A DNA stretch of 64,000 bases from Octopus vulgaris (Eukaryota), in assembly GCA_951406725.2 (NCBI GenBank), contig OX597818.1, forward strand, positions 42,780,001-42,844,000. Reading direction: 5' to 3'. How positions within the stretch are numbered: position 1 is the stretch's first letter; each line of letters opens with the position of its first letter. The notes beneath the pieces are model-generated. The model made no database searches. It had not been told where the DNA came from and saw only the letters and a list, made by a program, of their open reading frames with translations. Both the position numbers and the translations under genes were made by a program. Positions 24,787-37,332 of the stretch are shown here, one piece after another.

Positions 24787-26326
24787 TAATAAGAATAAGA
24801 TCAACAAGATTCTCATGCCAAAGTTAAAGGCATTGGCTGATGTCAACTGCAACATCACTGGAAAATCTGATTCTTTGGAAATCATAATGATAGTTACTAA
24901 GAACAAAAAGGGATCAAACTGATAAAGACTTGTTTTGTTTTTGTTTTTGTTTTTTATGTCTTCTTCACCCAGGATATGCTAGAGAGGAATACATAGGTCA
25001 GAAGTTGGTAAGTTAAGAAAAATTGCTCAGTTGGGGGATGAGGCACAGTCATCTGTCTCCAGAGTTTGAGCAAAAGATTGAAATGTTTGGAGATGACGGA
25101 AAACAGCTCAGAGTACAAATCTTGAGAGTAATATAAAAAACACTGCTAGGACATTTCGAAGATACTGTAGTTAATAATCATAATTATTATCATCAACATT
25201 TAATGCCCGTTTTCTATGCTGGCATGGGTTGGACAGATTGACAGGAACTGGAAGGACCAGGGCTGCACCAGGTTCTATAGCCAGTTTTGGTTCGGTTTCT
25301 ATGGCTGGATGCCCTTCCTAATGTCAACCACTTTACAGAGTGTACTGGATGCTTTTTTTATGTAGCACCATCACCAATGCTTTTTACAGTTTGAGCATTT
25401 GAAGACTGATACTAGAAGAACATACAAGCAGGAAAATGTTTAGATTACCTCTTTAATTTTAGTAATAAGTGACAGAAGAGAAGAACATTTAAATAATGAT
25501 ACTATTAAATAAGTAAGGTTTATGAAAAGAAACCAATGTACTGGTATCAGAGGGATAGGAAACACTTCTATTTTCTGGTGCAATAATGTAGACCAGATAT
25601 CAAATTATAAAAACTAATTCAGCAGGACATAAGAAAGCCATATTTTATTGTTTTATCTGAATTAACTCAATGAAAATATACTTCACCTTTTAAAGATTAC
25701 TTAAGATAGCAACTATCAAATTCACTACAAACAGTTGGCCTCACAATCTATGATGATCTACCATGGAATCTTACTTAGATAACATTGCCAAAATAATATC
25801 CAAAAATATTCAAGGCCCAAGTAGCTGACCATGTACAAAGATCAAATAAAATCCACATAGGAGCAGTGTTCACATATCTGAGACAGTGGTCCAGTTACAT
25901 ACAGAAATATCCTAGATAGTATCCAAGAACCATGCCATCCAAATGTTGAGAAAAAACTCATTAGACAAACTCTACAACCATAAACTCATAGATGTGGTGT
26001 TTCTCCTCTCTGCTCCTTCTATAATTATTGCAATGGTTCCTGCTTCTCTGATCTCATAGCTGTACACTACTTCCTCTCAAGCTTATCTGACATATTTGTC
26101 TCTCCTCCTTTTGTTACTTTTACTGTACCTTCCTCCCAGATCCAACACTAAGCAGTTTCTCCAAACCCTTCTCCCAACATCAGCACTTTTTGACTAATCT
26201 AATCATCTAATCTACATCAAAATGTTTTGAAAAAAGAATTTAAAAAATACTTGAATAATAAGATATTTATACAACATTAGCACAAAAACACATATTTTGG
26301 GACATTTATCAACTTATAATAATTAC

Positions 26327-26500
26327 CTTCTTTAACAAGTTTCTGTACAATGTGACGTGTATGATCATGCTGTTGGTGCCACCAGCGCCAAAAGAAGGCC
26401 ATTTCTACATATATAAAGCGCCTGGAAGGATCTTTCAAAAGCTCTTGAATTACTGAATCCAAGATATATTGTACTCCTGCATTTTGAATTTTGGTTTTGG
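26327..26500 (-). CDS. MAN2B1: MAN2B1 exon 3
   Basis: 174 nt, CAG/GTAATT; [59 protein letters not shown]. Confidence 0.97.
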
Positions 26501-27100
26501 CTGTAACAAATAGAAGTCATAATATTTATATTAAATTAGGGTAGTGGGTAAGCAGAATTATAATAGTGCTGCACAAAATGTTTTGCAAGTGTTTACTTAC
26601 CAATCGTGACATTCTGAGTTTAAATATGACTATAGCTTTATTTTGTCTTTCATCCCACCAGAGTTGACAAAATAAACTACCAGTCAAACACTGAGTACAA
26701 TATAATTGAATACCCTTCCCCCAAATTTCAGATCTTGTGTCAATGTTAGAAACAATTTAGGATGGTAAATTGGCAAAATTAATATAGCATTGGACAAATG
26801 CCTGATGGTATTTCTTCTGGTTACTCTTTTACTTGTTTCAGTCATTTGACTGCGGCCATGCTAGAGCACCACCTTTTAGTCAAGCAAATCGACCCCAGGA
26901 CTTATTCTTTGTAAGCCTAGTACTTATTCAATCGGTATCTTTATTTTAGCACTTGGGTTGACATTGCTTTTTTGGGGTTTTTTTTTTAATCTTTATCAAC
27001 CAGAAGGTTGATAAACCAGGTATGTAATGAAGTTGACTTCATTACATACACCCCACTTTAGAAATTCATTTCAATGTGAGAATCATTATATCTACATTAG

Positions 27101-27316
27101 AAGGCAGCTAGCTGACAGAAACATTAGCATACTGGGCAAAATACTTAGTGATATTTCGTCTGTCTTTACGTTCTGAGTTCAAATTCTGCTGAGGTCGACT
27201 TTGCCTTTCGTCTTTTTGGGGTCAATAAATTAAGTACCAGTTGCATACTGGGGTCGATCTAATCAACTGTCCCTCTCTCCCCCAAAATTTCAGGCCTTGT
27301 GTCTAGAGTAGGAAAG
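27101..27316 (+). mobile_element. SINE family B with 16-bp TSD
   Basis: ATTATATCTACATTAG at 27085-27100 and 27317-27332. Confidence 0.88.
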
Positions 27317-27853
27317 ATTATATCTACATTAGCATAATTATCGTATTTATTTCAAAATTCTTACCACAGCTGTGTGGTAAGATGTTTGCTTCCTAACCAC
27401 ATGGTTTTAGGTTCAGTCTCACTGTGTGGTATCTTGGGCAAGCATTTTCTACTATAGCCTCAAGCCAACCAAAGCCTTGTGAGTAGATTTGGTAAACAGA
27501 AGCTGAAAGAAACCAGTCGTGTGTGTGTGTGTGTGTCCGTCCCACCGCCATAGCTTGACAACCAGTGTTCATTTATTTACATCCTTGCAACTTAGCAGTT
27601 TGGCAGAAAAAGAGATAGAATAAGTACTGGGCTTAAAAAAATAAAAACAAGTACTAAGGTACTTATTTTTATTCATTCAACTAAAGAAACTTTTCAAGGT
27701 AGTGCCCCCCAGCATGGCCACAGTTTAATTACTGAAACAAACAATAAAAGATTCTTTCTCTAATTAACCACTGACATCAGCATGTAGTATTGCAATGGGT
27801 GAAGCTTATCTCTAGTATCAGCAAATAGTACTATAAATAGTAGACTTTATCAA

Positions 27854-28069
27854 GGCGACAAGCTGGCAGAAACGTTAGCATGCTGGGCGAAATGCTTAGA
27901 GGTATTTCGTTTGTCTTTACATTCTGAGTTCAAATTCTGCCGAAGTCAACTTTGCCTTTCATCCTTTCAGGGGTGATAAATTAAGTACCAGTTATGTACT
28001 GGGGTCGATCTAATCGACTGGCCCCCTCCCCAAAAATTTCGGACCTTGTGCCTAGAGTAGAAAAGATTA
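27854..28069 (+). mobile_element. SINE family B with ~15-bp TSD
   Basis: tagtagactttatca / tagcagactttatca flanks. Confidence 0.85.
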
Positions 28070-29322
28070 TAGCAGACTTTATCAGACATCACCAGGTGGT
28101 ACTGCACAGTATAAATCTTATCTCTGATAACAGCAGATGGTACTGCAATGTAGAAGAGTTTATCACTGACATCCAATGGTGACATTACAATGAAGTAGAT
28201 TTGATACTGATTAATTGATGTTTCAGTACTGCAGTGAAAACAAACATCAGTTACCAATGCCCCTACTGTTGATAGAAGTGAGTTACATTTCTTTAAGGTA
28301 CTAATTTTAAGCTAGAGAAAATTAAATGCCTTAGAAAGTTTAAGCTAGAGAAAGTTAAAAGCCTAAGTCATAGCCAAGACTTCTTCATCATCATCATCAT
28401 CATTATCGTTTAAACATCCGTTTTCCATGCTATCATGGGTTCGATGGTTCGACCGGGGTCTAGGAAGCCAGGAGGCTGCACCAGGCTCCAGTCTGATCTG
28501 GCAGTGTTTCTACAGCTGGATGCCCTTCCTAACATCAACCACTCCGTGAGTGTAGTGGGTGCTTTTTACGTGCCACTAGCACAGATGCCAGGGGAGGCTG
28601 GCAACGGTCACGATCAGTTTGTGCTTTTTATGTGTCACCGGCACAGAAGCCAGTCAAGGAGGCGCTAGCATCGGACATGTACGGATGGTGCTTTTTAGGT
28701 GCCAGGGTAGGCTGGCAACAGCCACAATTGGTTGGTGCTTTCTACGTGCCACCGGCACGGAAGCCATAAAACAAATAAATCATTTCACAAATAAACTGAT
28801 AGACTGTTGACTAGGTCCTCTGCATAATGGTAACAGAACTATTCTTGGGACTACAAGATAACTATTACAACCTTATCAGATCCAACCATAAATACCTTTC
28901 TATGTGGCCAGTTTTCAATATAAAATTACATATGTCAGCTCTATCAAAAGTTAGTATAACTACCTTTAAGTCTGTGCTATGAAATTTAAATCACCATAAA
29001 CCAACCAAATGTGCTACCTTTCCAATAGGTCCATGAACTCAAATAAACTAGAACTCATGTTTTAGTTTATGTACCTTCAAGATTCTGCCAGAATACAAAC
29101 AATTTAAGCATAACCAACAATAACAAAGGAAACACACTTGCTGTCTTGTTGATCACAATTGTATATCAAATTTATTATTAACCTTTAGCACTCTGCTAAA
29201 AGTGATTATGCAGAAGGCAGCCCTGGGAAATTCCTCAATGTTGTTACTTCAAATTACCTAGTTAGTATATAATTTTTACACAAATAGTTATAAACTCTAA
29301 AAGTGGTAGTTACATGTTAGAC

Positions 29323-29574
29323 TAATGGTTCCCAAAGTGTGCAGTACTCCCACCACCTCAGGGAGGTGTTGAAGAAAAATAGGGCGATAACAAGGTGGCC
29401 AAAAGGGAGGTGATGGATGAAAAAAGTAAACAAAATAATGGGTTAATTAGGTTAAGTTTTATCAGTGAACTACATTTGTTTTGAATTTGCTGCAGAAAGT
29501 GGTCTATGTTTGTGGTGGTGAGGGTGGAGTGCTAGGAATATGACCTCAGTGCTGAAAAAGTTTGGGAACCACTG
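29323..29574. mobile_element. hAT MITE
   Basis: TIR TAATGGTTCCCAAA / TTTGGGAACCACTG; perfect 8-bp TSD TGTTAGAC. Confidence 0.85.
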
Positions 29575-29756
29575 TGTTAGACTATGCTTCACTGAAGAGG
29601 CTTAAAAAGACCAAAAAATGTGTTGTCACTGTAACTACCAAAGATCTCTCTCCTCACTGTGTGTCTGTTTAATTTTTAATCAATTTAAATTTCAGAATTC
29701 TCTCCCTTGACAAGAACTTGTTAATTCTAATGATTTTTCTTCTCAATACAAGTTTA

Positions 29757-30062
29757 GGATCTTTACCTTTTGACCAGCAGATTTAGAAAATAATTTTTTT
29801 GTGACTAAACACTTTCAAACTTTGTATACTGGTAGAATGTGTTATATAAAACATCTTTTACACTTAGCGTTTTTGAGAAAAGTTTATATTTACAAAGTTA
29901 TTTCATGTTAAAGTTGTCATATTTCAACTAAATAAAATTACTGCTGTCGTTCATAAGAGTAAAAGATGTTTTATATGACACATTCTATCTGTGTCCAAAG
30001 TTTGAAAATGTTTAGTTACAAAAAATGAATTTCTCGATCTGCTATTCAAAGGGAAAAGATCG
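29757..30062. mobile_element. Merlin-like MITE (related subfamily)
   Basis: GGATCTTT...AAAAGATCG ends; perfect 8-bp TSD CAAGTTTA; long imperfect arms similar to the 14563 element. Confidence 0.8.
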
Positions 30063-30193
30063 CAAGTTTAATTTAAATAAATCCAAAATTATTTTTGGGT
30101 CACTACTTAAGTAGATCGTTATCTTGCATTTTAACTACAAATTGTTCATGCAGAAAACATCCCTGAGAAATTTTCCACAAATTTATTACTTAC

Positions 30194-30296
30194 CTCCATA
30201 AAAATATTGGTCAACTGTTTTTAGCCAACCAACATCATCATGAGTGTGAGGCACTAAATGAACATTGATCATGCCATCTTTCACAGGATTACAACT
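30194..30296 (-). CDS. MAN2B1: MAN2B1 exon 2 (Zn-binding HxD motif)
   Basis: poly-T/CCAG acceptor, GTAAGT donor; 103 nt = [34 protein letters not shown], the GH38 signature. Confidence 0.97.
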
Positions 30297-30575
30297 CTGG
30301 AAAAAAAAAAAAAAAATAATAATAAACAGATAATAAAAATATAATAAAGAGAGGAAACTACAAGTCGACTAAAATAAAGTTTAAACTGTTTATATCAATT
30401 AAATACAATGTACAAAACAAGGCTGCATTAATTTTTAATTATATCAAAATGTTAATGATGTCACCCCTCCAGAAGATATTCAGTTTTACTAAAGTGTTGA
30501 ATTTTATGTTCAATAAATAAAACTAATACAAATTGTTTTGTTTTTCCTTTTTATATTATTTTAACTTCAGATTTA

Positions 30576-31132
30576 TTGGGTTGTTCAGAAAGTTCATGCT
30601 GATTTATAGTAGCTTAGCTTTCGACTTATTTTAGAACATGCTTGAGTCCATAAAATAGGATTTGACTACACCTCCATTTAGAGCACAGTTTAATCTATCT
30701 TTTCATGGAAGAAGGTTTATGTTCCTATAACCTGTGTTAATTTTGTAACCCTTTAAAATGGAAGATAAGAAAGTTCATTTTCGGCACTTGATGATTTGGG
30801 AACCAGACAAAAATTGCTGCAGTTCGGCTGGGATGTGTTACCCCACCCTCCATTTTCATCAGATATTGCTCCTTTGGATTTCCACTTATTCAGGTCTCTG
30901 CAGGATAGTCTTAATGGTAAAAATTTCAATTCCTTGGATGACGTAAAAAGATACCTTGATGAATTCTTTGCCACTCAATTCTGGGAAGAGGGTATTTTCA
31001 AGTTAAAGGAAAGATGGAGAAGCGTTGTGCAACAAAATGGTTCGTATTTGGTTGATTAAAAATGTAATGGCAAGTATTTATTGACCTTTTTCTTTCCTTT
31101 AGAAATCAGCACAAACTTTCCAGACAACCCAA
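30576..31132 (+). mobile_element. Internally deleted mariner
   Basis: TIRs TTGGGTTGTTCAGAAAGTT / AACTTTCCAGACAACCCAA, TA TSD; N-terminus MEDKKVHFRHLM abutting C-terminal GWDVLPHPPFSSDIAPLDFHLFRSLQ. Confidence 0.9.
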
Positions 31133-33819
31133 TATTTTCCACCATATTAGCGGTTCTTTCATTAAAGCAACAATACCAAATCATTATTTTGGGATTTTAT
31201 TATTTTTTTTATTTATGTTGAACTACATTTGATTTGTTTATCATAGAAAGTATTTTTGGTGCAAATGAGAATTACCTTTTTAGGTGATCGTTATTTTGCT
31301 ATTGTCCTTTATTTGTGTATTGATGTTGTTCATGTTTACATTTTTACAATATTATAAACACTCTGATACTATCACACATACCTATCTTAACATGAGGAAT
31401 AATTCAACAAAAGTACAAAAATTATCAACACAAAAATAACTATGCTGTCCAGCAGTCAGCTTGTTTGTTATAAGAGATATTTTTGGCATAACTTAGAATT
31501 ATCTTTTGTGTTGTTGTTTATTGTCAAAACATGTTTGTGTTATTCATTCATGTAACAAGTGCAAAGAACAGACCATATCTTCCAACATTTAAAACTTGTA
31601 ATTACTTTGAGAGTATTTCCACCATCTGTGCAATTATATATTGTGCGTGAAAAGATTTTCTAAGATAAATTTAACCGAGAAACCACAAATGTATGCTTTC
31701 GCTGAAGGTAATATTAAAATCATTGCTAAAAGCTTTTCAACTACAATCAAGACCACTTATCATTTTTTTTTATTATTCGTTATGACCACTCTTCTACTTT
31801 TGTTGTCATAGCAGCCAAAAAGTAATTCTTAACTGCATCCAAAAGTATCCCCTATGACAAATAAACTAGCTGTAGGACAGTGTAAATAAACAAAAATTCT
31901 TTGCAGAACCAAACTGATACAAGCTAAAGTTTAACAAAAGGAAGTGGCATATTAAAATTAAAAACTGATCATTTTACAAGGAGTCCTTTCTCTTTTTATC
32001 AAAATGGTAGTGTGTGATTAACAAAAGGCTTTACAGCTATTTTTAGCAGGTCAAATGACTACATAGTAGCTCCACCATTGGATTAACCTCCTATATAGAT
32101 GCTATTCAGCTTTGATTGAACAAACCTATGATTAAAGGCATTCATGTCATGACCATCTCGCTTTAGTCAAAGGTATATCTCAACCAAATTATCTTGGGTA
32201 TGATGTACAACCTTTTTGTAAGATGGTAGGGTGTGGTTTGAGGATGTTTGGTGGCTTTTTCTAGCAGGTCAAGCCACTGCAGAGAAGCTCTTCCATTGGT
32301 TCAATCAGTATACATGTAGGTTCTGGTGGTAGTGGACTCAGTCAGAGCATGGCACTAGTTGCTGTTCTTCTATACAGATTGAACAGACCCACTGTGACAA
32401 TCCAGTCATTTTGTATATTTGGGATTACACTGTCCACTGTATGCTTTTAAGACAGTAGGGTATGATTTTATGGAAAGATTTGGTTGCTATTTCTAAGTGA
32501 CCAAATAACCACATAAACTCTACCTGCATGGTAACCTTATAAATTTGCATTACCCTGTACAAATTCATCATCATCATCTTTTAATGTCCACTTTCCATGC
32601 TAGGATGGGTTGGACGATTTTGACGGAAGGCTGGCGAACCAGATGGCTGGACCAGGCTCCAATCTTGATCTGGCAGAGTTTCTACAGCTGGATGCCCTTC
32701 CTGATGCCAACCACTCTGAGAGTGTAGTGGGTGCTTTTACATGTCACCAGCAAGGTACGCAGTCAGGCGGTACTGACAACGACCTCGCTCGAATCTTTTT
32801 ACACATGACACCGGCACAGGTGCCAGTAAGGCAATGCTGGTAACGATCACGCTCGAATGGTGCCTTTTACATGCCACTGGTACGGAATTGAGGGTTGTAA
32901 TAATTTTCTACTGTCTTCCTTCAGCTTGAACATCAAAGGTTCACGAATAAGTAGATTTTAAATACACACATATTGATATGAAGTAAACACAAGACAAAAA
33001 TTTCATTTGACTTCATATCTGAAAGCTTGATGTTACATGCACTGTTCCAGATGACCAATGCAATCTCTAAATTCGAGACCAGGAGAACATCAACTGACGA
33101 AAAGGACCAGAGACTACAGACCTGCAATAGAGCCTTAAAATGACAAGAAACAAGGAGAGGGAATAATTTGAAATAAAGATAAAAATTTCATGTCAGACTG
33201 GCCAGATGGTTCTTGTTTAATGCATATGAAATTCAGGCTGTATGTTGTCCCATAATAAAACCAACTCCAAAGAATGTTCGATAAACATTTATTTATATAT
33301 GTGCCGTGCCATCCTCGCCTGGCCTCCGTGCCGGTGGCATGTAAAAAACACCATCCGAGCATGGCCGTTCGCCAGCCTCGTCTGGCACCTGTGTCGGTGG
33401 CACATAAAAAACACCATTCGAGCATGGCCGTTCGCCAGCCTCGTCTGGCACCTGTATCGGTGGCACATAAAAAGCACCCACTACACTCATGGAGTGGTTG
33501 GCGTTAGGAAGGGCAGCCAGCTGTAGAAACACTGCCAGATCTGACTGGCCTGGTGCAGCCTTCGGGCTTCCCAGACCCCAGTTGAACCGTCCAACCCATG
33601 CTAGCATGGAAAGCGGACGTTAAACGATGATGATGATGATGATACATCACAATATTTACATAATTATACAGATGCTTGCCAGGGCTGTATTGCAATCTGC
33701 CAGTAGTAAATGGACTGCATAGCTGAATTAATAATATATATTCAAAATGTGACCGCGTGTGTACCGTTGGCGATTTTTTTTCCTCCATCTTCCCTTCTTT
33801 GGATCTTTCCTTTTCCTAT

Positions 33820-33854
33820 TTTTCTGACGAAGAGCTCTGCTTGAAACGTTAAAC
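33820..33854 (+). ncRNA. Minimal type-I hammerhead ribozyme motif in Penelope-like repeat fragment (~33748-33935)
   Basis: ttt-CUGACGA-A-[GAGC ucu GCUU]-GAAA-CG-UU-aaa. Confidence 0.6.
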
Positions 33855-33947
33855 CCTCCTTCTTTCCTGAGCATCCAATAACACTATACTTGTTCCACGT
33901 CCTTGCATTGTTGTGTTTTCTCTTTGTGTTTTCATGTTTGGTCTGTC

Positions 33948-33978
<31 letters not shown>

Positions 33979-34751
33979 ATGCATGCATGCATGTATGTAT
34001 AAGTGTTTGTCCCCCAACATCGCTTGACAATCGATGCTGGTGCGTTTACATCCCCGTAACGTAGCGGTTCGGCAAAAGAAACCGATAGAATAAGTACTAG
34101 GCTTACAAAGAATAAGTCCTGGGGTCGATTTGCTCGACCCTTTTTGAACAGTGTCGTTGTTGTTATTGTTGTAGCTATTTCATTGTTGATCATCCTTTAG
34201 ATATTTTTGAAATATCTTGGATTATATTATCTTATGTATCCTACCCTTTAAGACATGGAATTTGTGAGAAGAGGCTTAGCTGCTATAGCTAGCAAGTCGA
34301 ATGTGGAGGCTTCCTACCAAAGAGTTAGATAATTCTTTTTACAATTTAACCTTATAAAGATTTCTTAATTTAAAATGACAAATTCAAAATATCGAAGGTA
34401 CTTCTAAATCCATCTCAATTTAAAGAAATTTTAATCATCTGAATTTTTTTTTTTTTTTTGATTAATGAAACAACTTATAAAACGCTTTAGCAACAAAAAC
34501 AAAAAAAAAAGAAGAAAATTCATCAAAACTGAATCTACATAAATTCAGCAAAATATATAAGTTTTAAACTATTTTCCTTAATATATCATTTCCGTTTATC
34601 TAATAAATATATTTTTTTAAAGGAAGGGGTAAGTGCTTTGATCTTTCGTATTTATCACTTCAAAATTATTCAAGACATTTTTTTATTTTCTTTGTATGCT
34701 ATGCTTAGCTTCACATAAGTCCTGCAGCCTTATATATATATATATATATAT

Positions 34752-34925
34752 AGCCAGAAGGTCAAACTAAAGCGTCTGACCCGGTCATAAAAACAAAAGT
34801 AGTGTAATAGGTGTAAAACAACTTCCTCTTGAAAGTTAGGACGAATTAAATGGGACGCCGGTGAATTCTCCGAAATTCCTGACCCCACCACCTTCTAAAA
34901 CACTTTCCTCCAAAAGTTAAGCCAC
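34752..34925. repeat. ~175-bp direct repeat, copy 1 (copy 2 at 35271-35447), each bounded by (TA)n
   Basis: ggtcaaactaaa...tgacccggtcataaaa...gaaagttaggacgaattaaa...aagttaagcca occurs twice. Confidence 0.9.
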
Positions 34926-35035
34926 AAACATATATATATATACATATATATATGTGTGTGTGTGTGACCGCGTGTGTACCGTTGGAGATTTTTTTTTCCT
35001 CCGTCTTCCATTCCTTGGATCTTCCCTTATCCTAT

Positions 35036-35070
35036 GTTTCTGACGAAAAGCTCCGCTCGAAACGTAAAAC
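35036..35070 (+). ncRNA. Minimal type-I hammerhead ribozyme motif in Penelope-like repeat fragment (~34963-35098)
   Basis: GUUU-CUGACGA-A-[AAGC ucc GCUC]-GAAA-CG-UA-AAAC; stem I GUUU/AAAC; palindromic ACGU in place of stem III. Confidence 0.62.
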
Positions 35071-35099
35071 CCTCCTTCTTCCCTTCCTTCCTGAGCGGG

Positions 35100-35212
35100 A
35101 ATTAACTTTATATATATATATAAATATTAACTTTATATATATATATATATATATATTAACTTTATATATATATATATATATATTAACTTTATATATATAT
35201 ATATATATATTA

Positions 35213-35270
<58 letters not shown>
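35100..35270. repeat. Minisatellite ATTAACTTT(AT)n, ~5 units
   Basis: Directly visible. Confidence 0.9.
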
Positions 35271-35764
35271 GTCTGAGGGTCAAACTAAAACGTTTGACCC
35301 GGTCATAAAAAAAAAAAAAAAGGAAGTGTAATAGGTGTAAAACAACTTCCTCTTGAAAGTTAGGACGAATTAAATTGGACGCCGGTGAATTTTCCGAAAT
35401 TCCTGACCCCACGCCTTCCTAAAACACTTTCCCCCAGAAGTTAAGCCATATATATATATATTACTATTATATTACTGTTATTACTATTATTGTTTTTTGT
35501 ATTTATATTCGTGTGGCATCGTCCGTTTTTCTGTCCTTGTTTCGTATACATTCGATCCTTTTTCCAAGAAATCTAATGCTCGTAGCTTAGTTTTTCCTTG
35601 GGGCTGGCCGGATCGGAGCGATCTCAAGATTAATCAGCCGAAATTGCGAGGATGATCCGGTTCTTGACTGAAGATTAGAGGCTTCGAATGACCCGTCCGT
35701 TTTTTTGTGTCGTCTCTTTGTGTGTTTTGCGTTCTTGTCCCATTTTGTATTTTATATATATTTT

Positions 35765-35819
<55 letters not shown>

Positions 35820-36537
35820 ATGTATGTATGTATGTGTGTGTATGACTACATTGGCCAATGTTTTTGTTTTGTTTTTAAAGAGAGGAATCCTGTTGGCTTG
35901 TTTACATGTTTCATTTTCTTTCTTTTAACGGAAAATTAAATTTATTTTTTTATTTTACACAACTGTTACAGCGTATCTAATTAAATATATATTCTACATT
36001 AAAATACAAACCCAGAACCGAAGTAAACATAAACATGAGCAAAAAAAAATGGAAAACAAAGAAAAAATAGGAAACATCAATTCAACCGTGTTATCGTCGT
36101 CGTTATTGGAAAGCGGAAGTCTTTCCGAGTTATTTTATTGTTGATTATCCTTTAGATATTTTAGAAATATCTTGCATTATATTATTTAATGTATCCTAAC
36201 TCTTAAGGCATGGAATTTGCGAGAAGAGACTGACTGCTATAGCTAAGAAAAATTACGTAAAGGCTTCCTAGCAACTGTATAGATCAATGTAAAGCAAAAC
36301 TTGTTTAATTTTCAAATGAATGGTAAATCAGAACTAGCGTCACTTTTTTTTTTTCGTTATTTCTTTATTTTCTTCCGCACAATAACAACTCAAAATTTCT
36401 TCAACTGCACTGACGAAAACAAACCCGGAATCTCAAAACCAGTTTGTGTAATTGGCTGGCTAGAATCTAATTTACTTCAATTACACGGCATCTTAATAAA
36501 GTAGACACAAAAATATTTCGAAGTTATTTATTCTTAC

Positions 36538-36630
36538 CTCATAACCGCAAGACTGTGAATGAAAAGGGTAGGCTTGGTTCCCTACGACCAGTAGAAAGCT
36601 AAGAAAAATACAGAAAACTCCAGTCATCAT
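36538..36630 (-). CDS. MAN2B1: Lysosomal alpha-mannosidase (GH38), coding exon 1 (start codon, signal peptide)
   Basis: ATG at 36630; 93 nt = MMTGVFCIFLSFLLVVGNQAYPFHSQSCGYE (hydrophobic signal peptide, CGYE end typical of MAN2B1 exon 1); donor GAG|GTAAGA, phase 0, joins exon 2 in frame. Confidence 0.9.
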
Positions 36631-36950
36631 TTTTATACACTGTCATCAAAATGATGTTTGAAGAGAAAAAAGCAGCTATAGCGAAAAGAAAGTCAAGCGA
36701 AATGTATGTGCTGTCGTGTCGCGTTTTTAAATCTCATAAGACTGTTGAGAGAGTCATTTATATGTTATATATACATATCTTTTCCTTTTGAATAATGCTG
36801 CTAGAACATGTGACATAAAACTATCAACTGAGCTAGTATCAAAGTTCGTTAGTTGTTTTAGAGTTTGTTCCCTTGACAAACGCGCACATGAACCGATTAG
36901 TGATCAGCTGGTATCCTTGTTTGATAAAAGTCTGTCATTATAGCATTATA
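36631..36950 (-). promoter_or_regulatory. Probable MAN2B1 5' UTR/proximal promoter with two CATGTG E-boxes
   Basis: Repeat-free segment immediately upstream of the ATG with retained CpGs; CATGTGAC at 36807-36814 and CACATGA (= TCATGTG M-box) at 36885-36891. TSS not determinable from sequence. Confidence 0.45.
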
Positions 36951-36954
36951 GCAG

Positions 36955-37332
36955 TGGCGGCGTGCTGGCAGAATCGTTAGCACGTCGGGCGAAATACGTA
37001 GCCGATGTCGACTTTGCCTTTCATCCTTTCGGGGTCGATAAATTAATTACCAGTTACGCACTGAGATCGATGTAATCGACTTAATACCTATGTGTGTCCT
37101 TGTTTGTCCCCTCTGTGTTTAGCCCCTTGTGGGTAATAAAGAAATAGGTATTTCGTCTGCCGTTGCGTTCTGAGTTCAAATTCCGCCGAGGTTGACTTTG
37201 CCTTTTATCCTTTCGGGGTCAATTAAATAAGTACCAGTTACGCACTGGGGATCGATATAATCGACTTAATCCGTTTGTCTCTCCTTGTTTGTCCTCTCTG
37301 TGTTTATCCCCTTGTGGGTAGTAAAGAAATAG
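36955..37332 (+). mobile_element. SINE family B, rearranged/dimeric
   Basis: Two successive gactttgcctt...ggggtc...agtaccagttacgcactg...ccccttgtgggta units. Confidence 0.8.

Noticed and set aside
33301-33478. CRISPR array (palindromic repeats with spacer-length gaps)
   Set aside because: The spacers are homologous to one another, the array is part of a dispersed RTE 3' UTR, there are no cas genes, and the context is eukaryotic.
35660-35700. Hammerhead-like CUGAAGA...GAA in the 35505-35750 repeat
   Set aside because: No GAAA with properly closed stems I/II, and the core is not preserved in the 10465 copy.
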